A stretch of DNA of 64,000 nucleotides, from contig CM052817.1 in assembly GCA_028534125.1 (NCBI GenBank), positions 8,000,001 to 8,064,000 of the forward strand, given 5' to 3'. Within the stretch, counting starts at the first letter, position 1. Each line of letters opens with the position of its first letter. Shown piece by piece: positions 51,955-64,000 of this stretch. The stretch is from Lama glama. Taxonomy: Eukaryota. The notes below the pieces were generated by a model. It did no database searches. It had not been told where the DNA came from and was given only the letters and a program-made list of their open reading frames with translations. Position numbers and translations under genes: made by a program.

Positions 51955-52160
51955 TTGACCTATTTTCCAATACTGTACCACCACTTAGATATTAGCTGTG
52001 TAATCTTGAGCAATTTTTTTTAACCTCTTTATGCCTGTCTCTAAATCTAAAAACTGGGAATAACAAATACACCTATTATATAGAGTTCCTTGAGAATTAA
52101 TCCATGCTTAGTGCACAATGGCCAGAACGTGGTAAGCACTCAAAAATGAAAGCTGTCGTT
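51955..52160 (+). mobile_element. MIR relic close to the exon-5 acceptor
   Basis: ccacttagatattagctgtgtaatcttgagcaa...taacctct...aaaactgggaataaca...gtggtaagcactcaa. Confidence 0.65.
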
Positions 52161-54229
52161 CTTGTTATCTGTATACTTCAGGCACACTGATGACACTCAA
52201 AACAGGTCTACTTAGTATAACGTGTTGACACACAGTGATTAATTGAAAAATGCACTTTCCCAAGCACATTTGGTTTGAAACAGTTTAATTTAATAATTAG
52301 AACAGTTCTACAGTCTATGAACTTTAATGTTACACAAATACATTAGTACTTTTCTGCTAAAAAAAAAATCACCATTTCATTGTACATTTATTTTATTTAC
52401 AGCCATGGTATCACTTCAAAAAGATAAAGCTCATTTGCTTTTCAAAATTAAAAGTATCCATTCTGAAAGTAGTAATTGGCCAGGATATACTTCCTTGAAT
52501 AGTTGTAGGTGCTTTAAAGCAAAGCACATTACTCATGTCCAACACTGGTTTTATCCAGCACAGACTAATTTTTTAGTGATCCTTTATTGAACAGTTTCTC
52601 TTTTTACAACACTACAGACCCTATAAGGGTGTTGACTCAATGCCGTCAAATTATAAGGCAAATATATTCACAGGATTTAAGGACAACTAGGCTCTTTGAG
52701 TCAATATAGGAAAAAAAAACTTAAACTGATTTCCTGAGGAAGGGACCCAACTGACTTGTAAAAACTTGTAAATTTGCAAATCTAGTAAGCCTACATAATA
52801 GTGCCAATTGATTATCAACTAAAAAATGCTCTCATACTACGTAAAAGGCTTTATTTAAAATTAGAATGAAGGCTTCTAGTTTGTAAGCTCAGGACATCCT
52901 TCTCTAGGAGATTTTTGATCTAGTGGGGGATTCCTGAGTCCCGTTTATACTGCTTAACTTGGATAATATGCAGCTTTTTTATTTTCTGGCCACAAGCTGC
53001 TGTTCCTTAAACATCACTGAGACCTTATTTACAAGAAGAGGCCAAAAAATGTCCAGATACCACAGGCATCAATTTGAGAAGACTAAAATACTAAGCTATT
53101 AGCACTGACATTTATACATCTAGTTTATCATAATATTGAAGTTAAAATACTTTCCTAATTCAACAAGAGTAGAACAAATCATGTCACTAGGAAAATTCCC
53201 CAATGAAATCCCTTTCCAATAAAAAAAAGTCTGTAATTCAACGAGTGGGTGCATTTGTCTTTTCTAATGAAATAGTCCATCATTGTTGTGTCTTTTCCTT
53301 CTTTTTTTTTCTTCTCTCCCTCTCCCCCACCCACACCCCACAACTTCTCACTACCACATAAGTTTATCTATACAGCAATGGGAGATTTACTATCCAAGCA
53401 AAAGTTTTTTCCTAGCAAAGGTAACTATGAGAGACTAATACTATCACTGATCAATTGAAAAAAATTATTCAATAAACATTTACTGAGTACTTGTTATGTA
53501 CCAAGCACTGTGGTAAGCTGTGAGAAGCCAAAGATGAAAAAGTTCAATCCAGGTCCTAAAAAAGTCACCACCAGTGCTATGAACATAAAAAGACGGTTAA
53601 GAATCATAAAAGTTATTTTAAGTAACTGAGATTCTGACAAATGAGACAGAAGATACAAAAAAGGCCCTCACAGAAGGCCTTGACTACAAAGGCTTCCTCT
53701 ACTGTGTTAGAATTCAGCAGGCAGCATTTAAGAGGACTCAAGTTGCTAGAGGACTTCATTCTAAATAATTCAGAAATGTAAATTTTGAAGATGAAGGTAC
53801 AGTGAGATACTAGTGAATTCTTTCTTTTCTTCTATTCTTAAGAGTGTCCTTAAAATTACTGTCCAGTATTCATCTAATGGACATGAGATAACAGTCTTAC
53901 TGCTGTGACTGAGTTTCCCTTACGTCCTTCAGTGAACCACATCGCTATGCTAGCTCTTGTATTTTATCTTGAAAATGGAATTAAAATCTCCTAATAGCAG
54001 TAATACATGATCATTTCCCAAATACTCAGAAAAACAATTATGAAAATGATACAAAAAATGCCACTAACTAGAGACAACTACTGTTAACATTTTGGTGCTT
54101 ATCCTTCCAATTATCTAAGCAACTGAAGGGACAAAGGCATTAACACTGTAACATGCAATTTCTTTCAGCTCATACTACAGCTTGCTTAAACATGTGTCTA
54201 ACCATTTCAGTGGATAAACACTTTGTCAA

Positions 54230-55760
54230 TCATTCATTCATTTGTTCAACAAATCTGAGTGCCTACTATAGCCAGGCAGTGTCCTAGGTGCTACAGGTAT
54301 AACAATGAGCTTACATTTTAATGAAGAGAAAGAGACCAACAAGTAAAGTATATAGTATGGCAAACGCTGATACATCTAATGCGGAAAACAAGGGGGTACA
54401 TGAGAGGAAGTGCTATTTAAATAGACAGGTCAAAGACCTTATGAAGACTAAGGAGCAAGGAAACCTGGGGAAGAGCCTTCCAAGCAGAGGAAACTACAGT
54501 GAAAGGCCCTAAAGGAAGAATACATTTAGCAGATTCAGAGAAAAGCCAGGAGGCCAGGGTGGCTGAAAAGACTCAGAGAGGGAAACAGCAGGAAATGAGG
54601 CTTAAAAAGCCAGGAACCATATTACGCAGGGTGGGTAGGTCTCTGTAAGAAACGTGAGAAGAAACATGGGTGGTTGTGAGGAAAAAAAAGATGCAATCTG
54701 ATCTACATTTTAAAAGGTTTTTTTGGACTGCTTTGTTGAGAATAAACTACAGTCAAACGTAAAGCAGAGAAGCCACTGAGGAGGTTGTAAAAATGTAGGA
54801 AAGAGAAGATGGTAGTTTGGACAAGAGTGAGAGCAACAGAGATGATAAAAAGTGGGGCTGAGTCTCAACATGATTTTTGGAATAAAAAGTGAATAAGAAA
54901 TGCTCATAGATATGACATGGGATGTAAAAGATATGGAGAAGTCACTTGAAGATAGTTAACCTGAATATTAAATGAGACAGTGTTTTGTAGGTTTTGTTCC
55001 ACTCATATTCAGCTGCATGAATGGAGGTGCTGAGTAGATAAACATTTGCATTTAAGTAGAGCTTTGGTTTTCCCAACCACGTACAATTACTAAAAAGAAA
55101 GGCAGGTAACTGAAGATAATAAATGCAAGGGAGTGATTATGTTGACAAAGCATGGAATCTAAGCTGGGTAAGGAGGGGGTTCAGGAAAATGAAAAATTGC
55201 TAAGATCAACTGATGTTAAGGTCTTGTGTGGTTTAAAAATTATTGGAGTTGGGTTACCAAAGGAAGTGAGCTAGAAGGACAAGAGATAATAGACTGTGGT
55301 GGATGAAACTGATATTGATGTCATGGAGAGGGTACAGAAACTTATACTGACTAGGTCTTCAGAATAACTATGGTAAGTGTAGATGGGGGAGTCAAGATTG
55401 TTGCAGATGAGAAATTCAAGAAACTGAGAGACCAAAGTATTAGAAGGATAATCTGTATGGATACTGAGATTACCAAGAATCATGAAAGCAACAGTGATGG
55501 CGTGACTGTGACCCAACAGCCAAAACCTTCAAGAAACTCAAGGCAGTGATTAAAGGGTTGGTTGAAAACTCCAACAAATATAAGTAGCAGCAGGTATAAT
55601 CATGCAGCTTGATATTCAAATCTAAGGATTTTTAGGAAAGATGAAGGAGAATGATCTGGAAAGAGCAATACGTAACAAGAAGGTCATCTACCTCACCTCC
55701 AGTACTAGTGATAAGGAGGGACCTCAACATCTGAAACAGCTTCAGGAGAAGGCAGTACTG
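54230..55760 (-). mobile_element. L2 LINE relic: 3' tail joined to endonuclease-region sequence
   Basis: The L2 tail begins at cattcattcatttgttcaacaaat. ORF 55271-55516(-) ILGNLSIHTDYPSNTLVSQFLEFL resembles the APE endonuclease GDFNIH motif. Confidence 0.8.
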
Positions 55761-56187
55761 TCCTTATCGGAGAGCCAAGTGAAAGAAGTAGTGTAAAAAC
55801 TTTTGTTCAAGGAAGATGTTGAGAATATAAGAATTTTATTGATGTCTTATTTGTAAATTCATGAAGGCCCAATGGAAAGATCTCAGAAGTTACAGAAGGA
55901 CAAAACTGGGGTCTGAAAAGCAGATGACAGAGCCATATAGGATAAGAGTGCAGGAGATAAATCAACAATATCCATGGCAAAGGCTTTTCCAGGCAGCTGA
56001 AATAAATGAGGAGTAAAAAAGCATGAAGATGAAAAAAATTCTAAGACTGCATTAGACAGACAAGAAATCCAAATTTTATACTGTCAAAACAAACTGTTCA
56101 AAAAAAAAAAAAATCACTTGGCTTACTCAGCTTGACCTGGACACTGAAATGGAAAGAAAGAAAAAAAGTTATCAAGATACCAAGTCT

Positions 56188-56348
56188 GGGGGGTGGGGTA
56201 TAAGCTCAGTGGTAGAGTGTGTGCTTATTAGCATGCAGAGGTCCTAAGTTCAATCCCCTGCACCTCCATTAAAAAAACAAATAAATCTAATTACCCCCCC
56301 AAAAAAAGATTAAAAAAAAAAAAGACTAAAAACAAACAAATAAAAAAA
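56188..56348 (+). mobile_element. tRNA-derived SINE (vic-1-like), long form
   Basis: ggggggtggggtataagctcagtggtagagtgtgtgc...gttcaatcccctgcacctccatt, then aataaatctaattaccccccc and an A-rich tail. Confidence 0.88.
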
Positions 56349-57112
56349 GATCTAAGTGTATCTGCCATGTTCTTAAAATCACATGGTACATGAAATAGAA
56401 GTCTAAGAGAATCCAATTAATTTTGGCTAACAAGAATAATTTTGATATAACTTGTAAAGTTGTTTGAAAGAGTAATATGTATAATTTTAGTTTAATATAT
56501 TTTAAAAATACAAATTACAGTATTTCATATTTTATAATTTAGGTTTACAGCAAGAAAGAGATACTAACAAAAGCACATTTCAGGGCTTCCTGGAATAATA
56601 ACAATCCAGTAAGAAGTAAAGTTTTCTCAGAAATATGACTAATAATTACATTTTCCAGAATATTATGCCATCTTAAAGGCCTTTTTATAATGTTTCACAT
56701 AAACCTGTGAAAACATTATTCAATCTCAGTGTGCAAAGAGATGCAACTGAAAAAAAAAAAATGGAGCACTGAGGTTTCCTTTCAAAATATAAAAAAAAAG
56801 AGAGAGAATACCCAGTGCTGATGAGAGCTGGTACTACTGGCTTTCTGAAAAGCAATTCAGAAAATGTGTGTTGAGCCTTTCAAACATTTCTGCTTTACGA
56901 TCACATAACACAATTTGAGAGAGTTTATCTTGAGGAACACATTAGGGATGTATAATAAGAATTATATCTTCACCACAGAATTATTGTTATATAAAAAATC
57001 ATGGAAGCAATATAAATGTCCCCAAACAGAAATACAGTTAAATTATAATACAACCACATAATACAATACTCTCTGACCATTCAAAATCATGAACTCGAAG
57101 ACTATTAAATGA

Positions 57113-58308
57113 GATCTTGGCAATGATTTTTCAGATTTGACACTGAAAGCAAAGGAAACTAAATCAAAAATGAACAGTGGGACCACATCAAATTAAAAAG
57201 CTTTCAAAAGGAAACTATCAACAAAATGCAAAGGCGACCTACAGAAGAAAATTTTTGCAAATCATATATCTGAAAAGGAATTAACATCAAAAAACTCAAT
57301 AATTGTATGAAAATAATTGTATGAAACAAACAATCCAATTAAAAACATGGGCAAAGGAAATGAATAGACTTCTTTTTTTGAAAGAAGACATAAATGGCCT
57401 ACAGGTACATGCAAAGATGCTCACACCACTAATCATCAGGGAAACACAAATGAAAACCACAACGAGCTATCATCTCACACCTGTTAGAATGACTATCATG
57501 AAAAAGACAAGAGATTCCAAATGTCAGTAAGGATGTGGGGAAAAGGGAACTCTTTTGCACTGCAGGTGGGAATGTTAATTGGTACAGTCACTATGGAAAA
57601 CAGTATGAAGGTTCTTCAAAAACTTAAAAACAAAACTACCATGTGATCTAGCACTCTCACTTCTGGGTATATAACCAAAGGAAATAAAAACAGAATCTCA
57701 GTGAGATATCTGCACTCTCACATTTACTGCATCATTATTCATAATAGCCAAGACATGGAAACAACGTTGATGTCCATCAACAGATATGGATACAAAAGAT
57801 GTGATACATACATGTATATACAATGGAGTATTATTCAGCCATGAGAAAGAAGGAAATCCTTCCATTTGCAACAGCGTGCCTGAAACCTGAGGGCATTATG
57901 CTAAGTAGAAATAAGTCAGATAGAGAAAGACAAGTGCTGTATGATATCACTTATATACAGAATCTTAAAAAGCCAAATTCACAGAAACAGAGTAGAATGG
58001 TGATTATCAGGGGCTGAGGATTAGGGGAAGTGTGGAGATGTTAGTCACAGGGTATAAATTTCCAATTATAAGGCAAATATGTTCTGGGATTCTAATGTAC
58101 ACATTGTGATTATAGTTAACAATACTATACTACATATTTGAAAGCTGCTAAGAGAGTAAATCTTCAATGTTCTCACCACAAAAATGTTAATTATGTGAGG
58201 TGATGATGGTAGTAATCACTGTGCAATATATAAGTGTATCAAACACACTGTACACCTTAAACTTATACCATGTTATATGTCAGTTATGTATCAGTAAAGC
58301 TGGGAAAA
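57113..58308 (+). mobile_element. 5'-truncated L1 with degenerate 15-bp TSD
   Basis: L1 ORF2 C-terminal peptides (MKTTTSYHLTPVRM; MEYYSAMRKKEILPFA). TSD aagactattaaatga (57098-57112) / aagactatcaagtga (58309-58323). Confidence 0.92.
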
Positions 58309-58518
58309 AAGACTATCAAGTGAAATACACAACAGTACAGGATATTAAATAGTACAAAATTGCACACAATAAAACTCCTTTGTAAGCATAATATATATGT
58401 ATAAATGTGCATAAATAAATGGCAAGAAAAATACACTTGTGATTAAAACTAAAATTTTTTTAAATTAAAATTGAGAAAAATAACATTTTTAAATAACAGC
58501 TTTTGTTTTGAACTATCC

Positions 58519-58924
58519 TTTCAAGGATGTTTGTGTGGCAATCAACCTACATAGAGAAAGTGTCTCCCCCAGGGATAAGGTGTAAGTTTGTTCGTCGTCT
58601 AGTATAATAAAATAGCACCTCCCTCCAGAGCAAAGTCCAGAGGCTTACCTGGAGCCCATTATAAAGGATTTAGGTTTCCTAAGCCCAGTACTCCTCAGCT
58701 GTGATGGAAACCACTGCATACAGATCACCTGTGTAGGTCCCCTCACACTGTCCTAAGAACCAACACAATCATGGAGCTCATCCTGCTTGCTATGCTAGGA
58801 GTAATAAATTCCTTTATTTCCGATTCCAGGAGCCTCATGCCTTCTGCCTGCATCCATGTGGTAGCAGGCTAACTTGTTAGCTTGTAAGAAAGGTAAAATC
58901 TAAGATCCTTCACTACTTTCAACA
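58519..58924 (+). mobile_element. ERV-type solo LTR (probably ERVL class)
   Basis: TATA-like tatataa, aataaa at ~58803 and a terminal ...gatccttcactactttcaaca. Family not certain. Confidence 0.6.
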
Positions 58925-58984
58925 AAAAGAAGAGTTAAACAGATAAATAAAGAAAAGATGAGCCAACCAGATAGCTGTTCATCA

Positions 58985-59335
58985 ACCTACACTACATTTC
59001 CCAGCTTGGAGTGCAGTTAGGTGTGGCCGTGAGGCTAACTTCTGATCAATGTAATGAAGAAATGATATGCATCACTGTTAGGCTTGACCCATAAAAGCCT
59101 TCCATGTGTGGTAGTCCTTACTCTCCTTTTTCATGGTAATCCATGAAGCCATCTGTTGAAGATGGCAGTTCCAGAAAATGGAAGGATTTGGGGTTCTTGA
59201 AGGGAGATGCACCAGCACTGATAAGCATTACCTGGTTTTGGTCTTTAAGTAAATAAGAAATTTCTATTGTGCAAAGATATTGAAACTTTAGAGACTGTCT
59301 GCTTATGGCATCCAGCATTACCTTAACTAATATAT
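58985..59335 (+). mobile_element. MLT1-type LTR
   Basis: ctacatttcccagc...gcagttaggtgtggccgtga...gttgaagatggcag...cagcattaccttaactaatata. Confidence 0.7.
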
Positions 59336-59654
59336 ATACCTTAATGTAAAATAACATAGATTTACATCACTCTTGTTAACAATAAACCTCTCCTTGAGTA
59401 GATATTGGGTATTGAGTTATTAACTAATGATAACTTGAAGTCATAACTGGCAAGATAATAGAAATCTAAATGTTACAATTGTCTCTGAGATTCTGCATAT
59501 GTAATATTCAATTATGTAGTCAAACAGTACATTAAACTTAATTATAAATTGAGAGTAGTCATTTGCATTTTTAGTAACTAGGGAAATATAAAAACAAATA
59601 AAACACAAACCATTGGAGAAATGTTCTTTCTTCTGCCATTAAATGGCTCAGTTA

Positions 59655-60328
59655 GGAAAACAGTATGGAGATTCCTCAAAAGACTAGGAATAGACTTACC
59701 ATATGACCCAGGAATCCCACTCCTGGGCATATATCCAAAAGGAACCCTACTTCAGGAGGACATTGCACCCCAATGTTCATAGCAGCACTATTTACAATAG
59801 CCAAGACATGGAAACAAGCCTAAATGTCCATCAACAGGTGACTGGATAAAGAAGATGTGGTATATTCATACAATGGAATACTACTCAGCCATAAAAACTG
59901 ACAACATAACGCCATTTGCAGCAACATGGATGCTCCTGAAGAATGTCATTCTAAGTGAAGTAAGCCAGAAAGAGAAAGAAAAATACCATATGAGATCGCT
60001 CATATGTGGAATCTAAAAAACAAAGATAAAAACAAAAAAAAAGCATAAATACAAAACAGAAATAGACTCATACACATAGAATACAGACTTGCGGTTGCCA
60101 AGGGGGCGGAGGGTGGGAAGGGATAGATGGGGTTTCAAAATTGTAGAATAGATAAACAAGATTATACTGTATAGCACAGGGGAATATACATAAGATCTTA
60201 TGGTAGCTCACAGAGAAAAAAATGTGACAATGAGTGTGTATATGTTCATGTATAGCTGAAGAATTGTGCTGAACACTGGAATTTGACACATTGTAAAATG
60301 ATTATAAATCAATAAAAAATGTTAAAAA
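59655..60328 (+). mobile_element. Young lineage-specific 5'-truncated L1 with perfect 14-bp TSD
   Basis: TSD aaatggctcagtta at 59641-59654 and 60329-60342, preceded by TT. Contains the ORF2 end (gacttaccatatgacccaggaatcccactcctggg) and 3'UTR. Confidence 0.93.
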
Positions 60329-61054
60329 AAATGGCTCAGTTAATACACAGTAAGTAGTATGGAAACAAAAACGCATTCTCCTTTGTTAATACACTTAGTG
60401 GGAAGATATAAAGAAAAGTGCCTGAACAATTACCAAGTCATGACTAATCTTTTTTCAGCCATATCCCCACTCTTAGATTATCTTAAAGCAAATCAAAACA
60501 TATTACATATCATCTCATCCATAAATATTTTAGTATGCTATATTCTTAAAATATCTTATTTTGGTTTTATTGAGGTACAGAGTTTTGATTTAGAAGCAAC
60601 AAATGAGAATTCTGAATCTACAGCTGTCACTTTCACCCTTCACTTGGCCCTGCTGATTCCAATGGAACAATAATTCCCTACATTGATGTGATGTGAACAA
60701 AATTCATTTACTTTGATGACTTTCAGGATAAAGCAGCCTGTATATTAGGATACAGAAACAGATTCTGATAAGTAACAGAAAATAAATGGTGTTTAATAAA
60801 CAATACACAATTCTGATAAAAACCACATTATGTCAAATATCATCATAAAAAAACTATCATTTCAGCACATTTTTTCATATCCCAATAAATGGTCTTTGTT
60901 ACTATTTCACTATCTAGAGTGGTAGATAATATACAAACACCAGTCTCATACAAGAAATAACTTTTCTGAACTTCTCAATTGTTTGCATTATAGTAAATGC
61001 AACAGAAACTACAGTTCTTCAGTAATTCACTGATTAATCTGGAAAGGAATTAGG

Positions 61055-61290
61055 ACATGGTAGTAAAGAAGTCTCCAGAACCAAACTGCCTGGGTCTGAT
61101 TCCTTGTTCTGCTACTATCTGTGGAATCGTGAGCAATTTCTCTTTGTCTCAGTTTTCCCATCTACAAAAGGGGGCAACAATAGTACTTTCCTCATGTTAC
61201 TATAATAGGTAAAATAACTAAACACATAAAGCACACATAACAATGACTGGTACATAGTATGTGACTGGCACAATAAGTATTAGCTAGTGT
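61055..61290 (+). mobile_element. MIR relic
   Basis: ccaaactgcctgggtctgattcc...tctcagttttcccatctacaaaaggggg...tggtacatagta. Confidence 0.7.
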
Positions 61291-62249
61291 TATTGTGATT
61301 TGTCTATTCATTCATTTATTCGTGAACTATTTACCCAGCATCTTCTATGTGCTAACGGCTGGGAAGGCTGAGAGGAACACATATGGAAAGATACTACACA
61401 GTGAAATTCTAAGACCAAAAGAACAACAATGGTCATATAGTATATAAGACAACGTACAACAGGAGTAATAGAGAAAGGAAATTTCTAAAACTGCATAGGG
61501 GGACAGGAAAGATCTCACAGAGAAGATGATGCTTCAGCTAACTCCTGAAGGATAAGGAAAAATTAGTCAGACAACCTTGGGGGCAGAGAAGATGTACATT
61601 CCTTGCCAAAGGAATGTATGAAAAGCATCTGAAAGAACCTGGCTTCCAAGAGCTGGTGAAATCAGCAAGGCTGGCACATGAGAGTCTTGTATGGGATGCT
61701 AAGAAGTTCATATGCACATCGGTAACATCTATACTGCTATGCATTTCACCTATCTTACCTCACACAGTCCAGCCCACCTGAGCAAAAATATAACCACAAA
61801 AAGGAAGTTCTTGTGGGTGACATATATAAGAAAACCTTCAACTTCTCCCTGCTGGATTCAAAGCATTTCCATTAACTACACAGTGACAACTTTTATTTCT
61901 AAATTCAGAGACTATTCAAAAGAAAATTACAAATGATTAAAAATGTTGCATTCCTACAGATTTCAGGACTATGACTTCTTTTTCTGTTCAGTTATCTTGT
62001 AAACTAGTAAGTTCCTTTACAAATTATAAACAATTGCCATTATCTATATCGTAACTTTAAAAACAGAAGATGGCAAGTTTTACAGTCACACACATGCAGC
62101 TGGTTATTCTTTCTCCCAAAAGTAATTAGTCATTACAACGCATGTTAATCAACCTAAAGATGACTCAGATTAACAGTGTAATTACAAAATTCACGGGCTA
62201 TCCAAAAAAAACTTCAGGAACTTCTTTAAAAGAAGTAAAACAATACCTT

Positions 62250-62865
62250 TTAAACATTTATTAAACATACACACCTATTATGTGTCAAGTACTATGCTAA
62301 GCACAAGCAATAAATGAGAAAACAAAGCAGACACTGTTACTCTCACATTAATGAGGAAGAAAGACTGATAAACAAGTAAACACATAAACAAGTCAGTGTA
62401 ACACTTATAATCAGAAATTGCAGGAGGGGAGAGGTGTTGCTGAGCAGATGAAGAGTAACAGAGTGACAGGAAGCAAGATAGCAATTATGACAATTTTATA
62501 TGGTAGTTATGGAAGACCTCTTTGATCTGAGTCTGAAAGATGAGAATAAGCCAATCAAGCTAAGAGGAGGTTGGAGGAGAAAAATGTTTCAGTCACTGGA
62601 ACAACCAGGACAAAATCTGGATGAGGAAAATGACTGAGTACAATTTAGGAAAGTAGAGACGCATAATGAGCAAGAGTGGGGACGTGCAGTCTAACATGAG
62701 GCTATTACCCAAATACAGCGATGCAAAGCCAGTGGAGGGTTGTAAGCAATGGCACAACGTGGTCTTTGCATCTGAGAAAATTACTCTGGCTACTATGAGG
62801 AGAAAGGAAACAGGCGGGCAAGACAGATGCAGAGAAACCACTTTAAGAGACTTCTGAAGCAACCT
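62250..62865 (-). mobile_element. L2 3' fragment
   Basis: aacatttattaaac...cctattatgtgtcaagtactatgctaagc...gatctgagtctgaaagatgag...aaaattactctggctactatg. Confidence 0.65.
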
Positions 62866-64000
62866 AAAGTCTGTTTCAAAACTTACAAAACTTTGTGGCC
62901 CCATAACAATCTTGACAAACAGGTAAAGCATTAATCTAATTTCACACACAGTGATTTAATCAAAGTCCCACTGCTAGCACCAGAATTAGAATCAAGCCAT
63001 CTGGTGCCAGATTCAGTGTCTCACAAAGAAGGAACATCAGCTTTTGGAATGGTCATTTTAAAGTGTTTTATTTAGAGTTTTAATTAAAAGAATAAAGACA
63101 TACAAACTTTAAAGGCTCATTATTATAAAAAAGTGAACTATTATGAATCTGATTATTGCTTATTAGTACTTTAAGTATTCATACAATAAATCATAAAACC
63201 GAGCCCATCAGCATCATAAAATAAGATACTCTTTGCCTAGCACTTGATTATATAAAGTTCTTTACAAAGTACTTGCAGCTGTACATACAAATTGTGAAAT
63301 TACATAATGTTTAAAAATGATCCATCATGATTAGCCCACACATGACAAGTAAAATACCCTTAATAATTTATTAAATTTGATTTACATGTGCTTAAAATTA
63401 TGTATATATTTTGACTTCTAAAATACACACACTAATGCTAATAAGCCAAGTATATGACAACTTCTCTTTTTAAGTCTTATTTGTTTATAAGTCCTATTTG
63501 TTTACTGGAATTCAGGCATCCATATTCAGGATCTCCATTGTATCTACTTATATAGGATTGCTAATATAACAAACAGAATAGTTTTCAACGATACAGCATC
63601 AAGAGTAGTAAGTAGTTTAAAAACTATAAATCAAATGTATAATAATCAGAGCTACTGATCAAACTAAATAATATAAACTTTGAAGTAAAATTTTTAAATT
63701 CTGAAAAACATTACAATAGTTTGTATATATTTTTTTATATTGGCCTCAAAGTTTACAATATTCTTATTTTCCTAAAACTTCATTTTTTAACATGCTGTAA
63801 GAACATATTCTACAATGAATATGACTTTTTTATTCAAACCAGAATGCATTACTTCATGTTTTTTAAAAAAGGGAAAGTATTGCACGATGCTAAATAATTA
63901 TATTATTGTCTAATCCCTGTCAATGGAAAGAAATCACTAAAAGTATAAACTTTTTATGCATCTTAGTCCATATACAATGGCAGAAATAGATATTCTCTGT

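Noticed and set aside
51722..51970. 82-aa ORF as a complete gene
   Set aside because: Only 51776-51879 is exonic RAB28; the rest is intron read-through.
51880..64000. Further upstream RAB28 exons
   Set aside because: No G1-G4 box-encoding exon was found on the minus strand. Those exons must lie beyond the right edge of the window.

Overview
Mammalian genomic DNA, probably camelid: this is inferred from four tRNA-derived vic-1-like SINEs and a young L1 3' end. There is no prokaryotic or CRISPR content. The right part (~36.2-64 kb, minus strand) holds the 3' half of RAB28, a small Rab GTPase. It comprises a 104-nt exon (51776-51879), a 78-nt exon (47154-47231), a 95-nt alternative exon encoding a CSVQ CaaX tail (38387-38481), and the terminal exon encoding a CAVQ CaaX tail (CDS 37042-37134, 3'UTR to ~36185). 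The left ~36 kb is intergenic and full of old transposon relics (L1, L2, MIR, CR1, MLT1, hAT MITEs), with a CpG-rich patch at ~1.2-2.5 kb. Almost all ORFs in the supplied track are spurious. I found no previously undescribed biological system. The most interesting signals concern RAB28 C-terminal isoform choice: paralogous tandem CaaX exons, an AATAAA just after the cassette donor, a strong upstream cryptic acceptor giving a hydrophobic tail, and a decayed counterpart of a non-prenylated human isoform exon. Repeat family names and boundaries were assigned by eye and are approximate.
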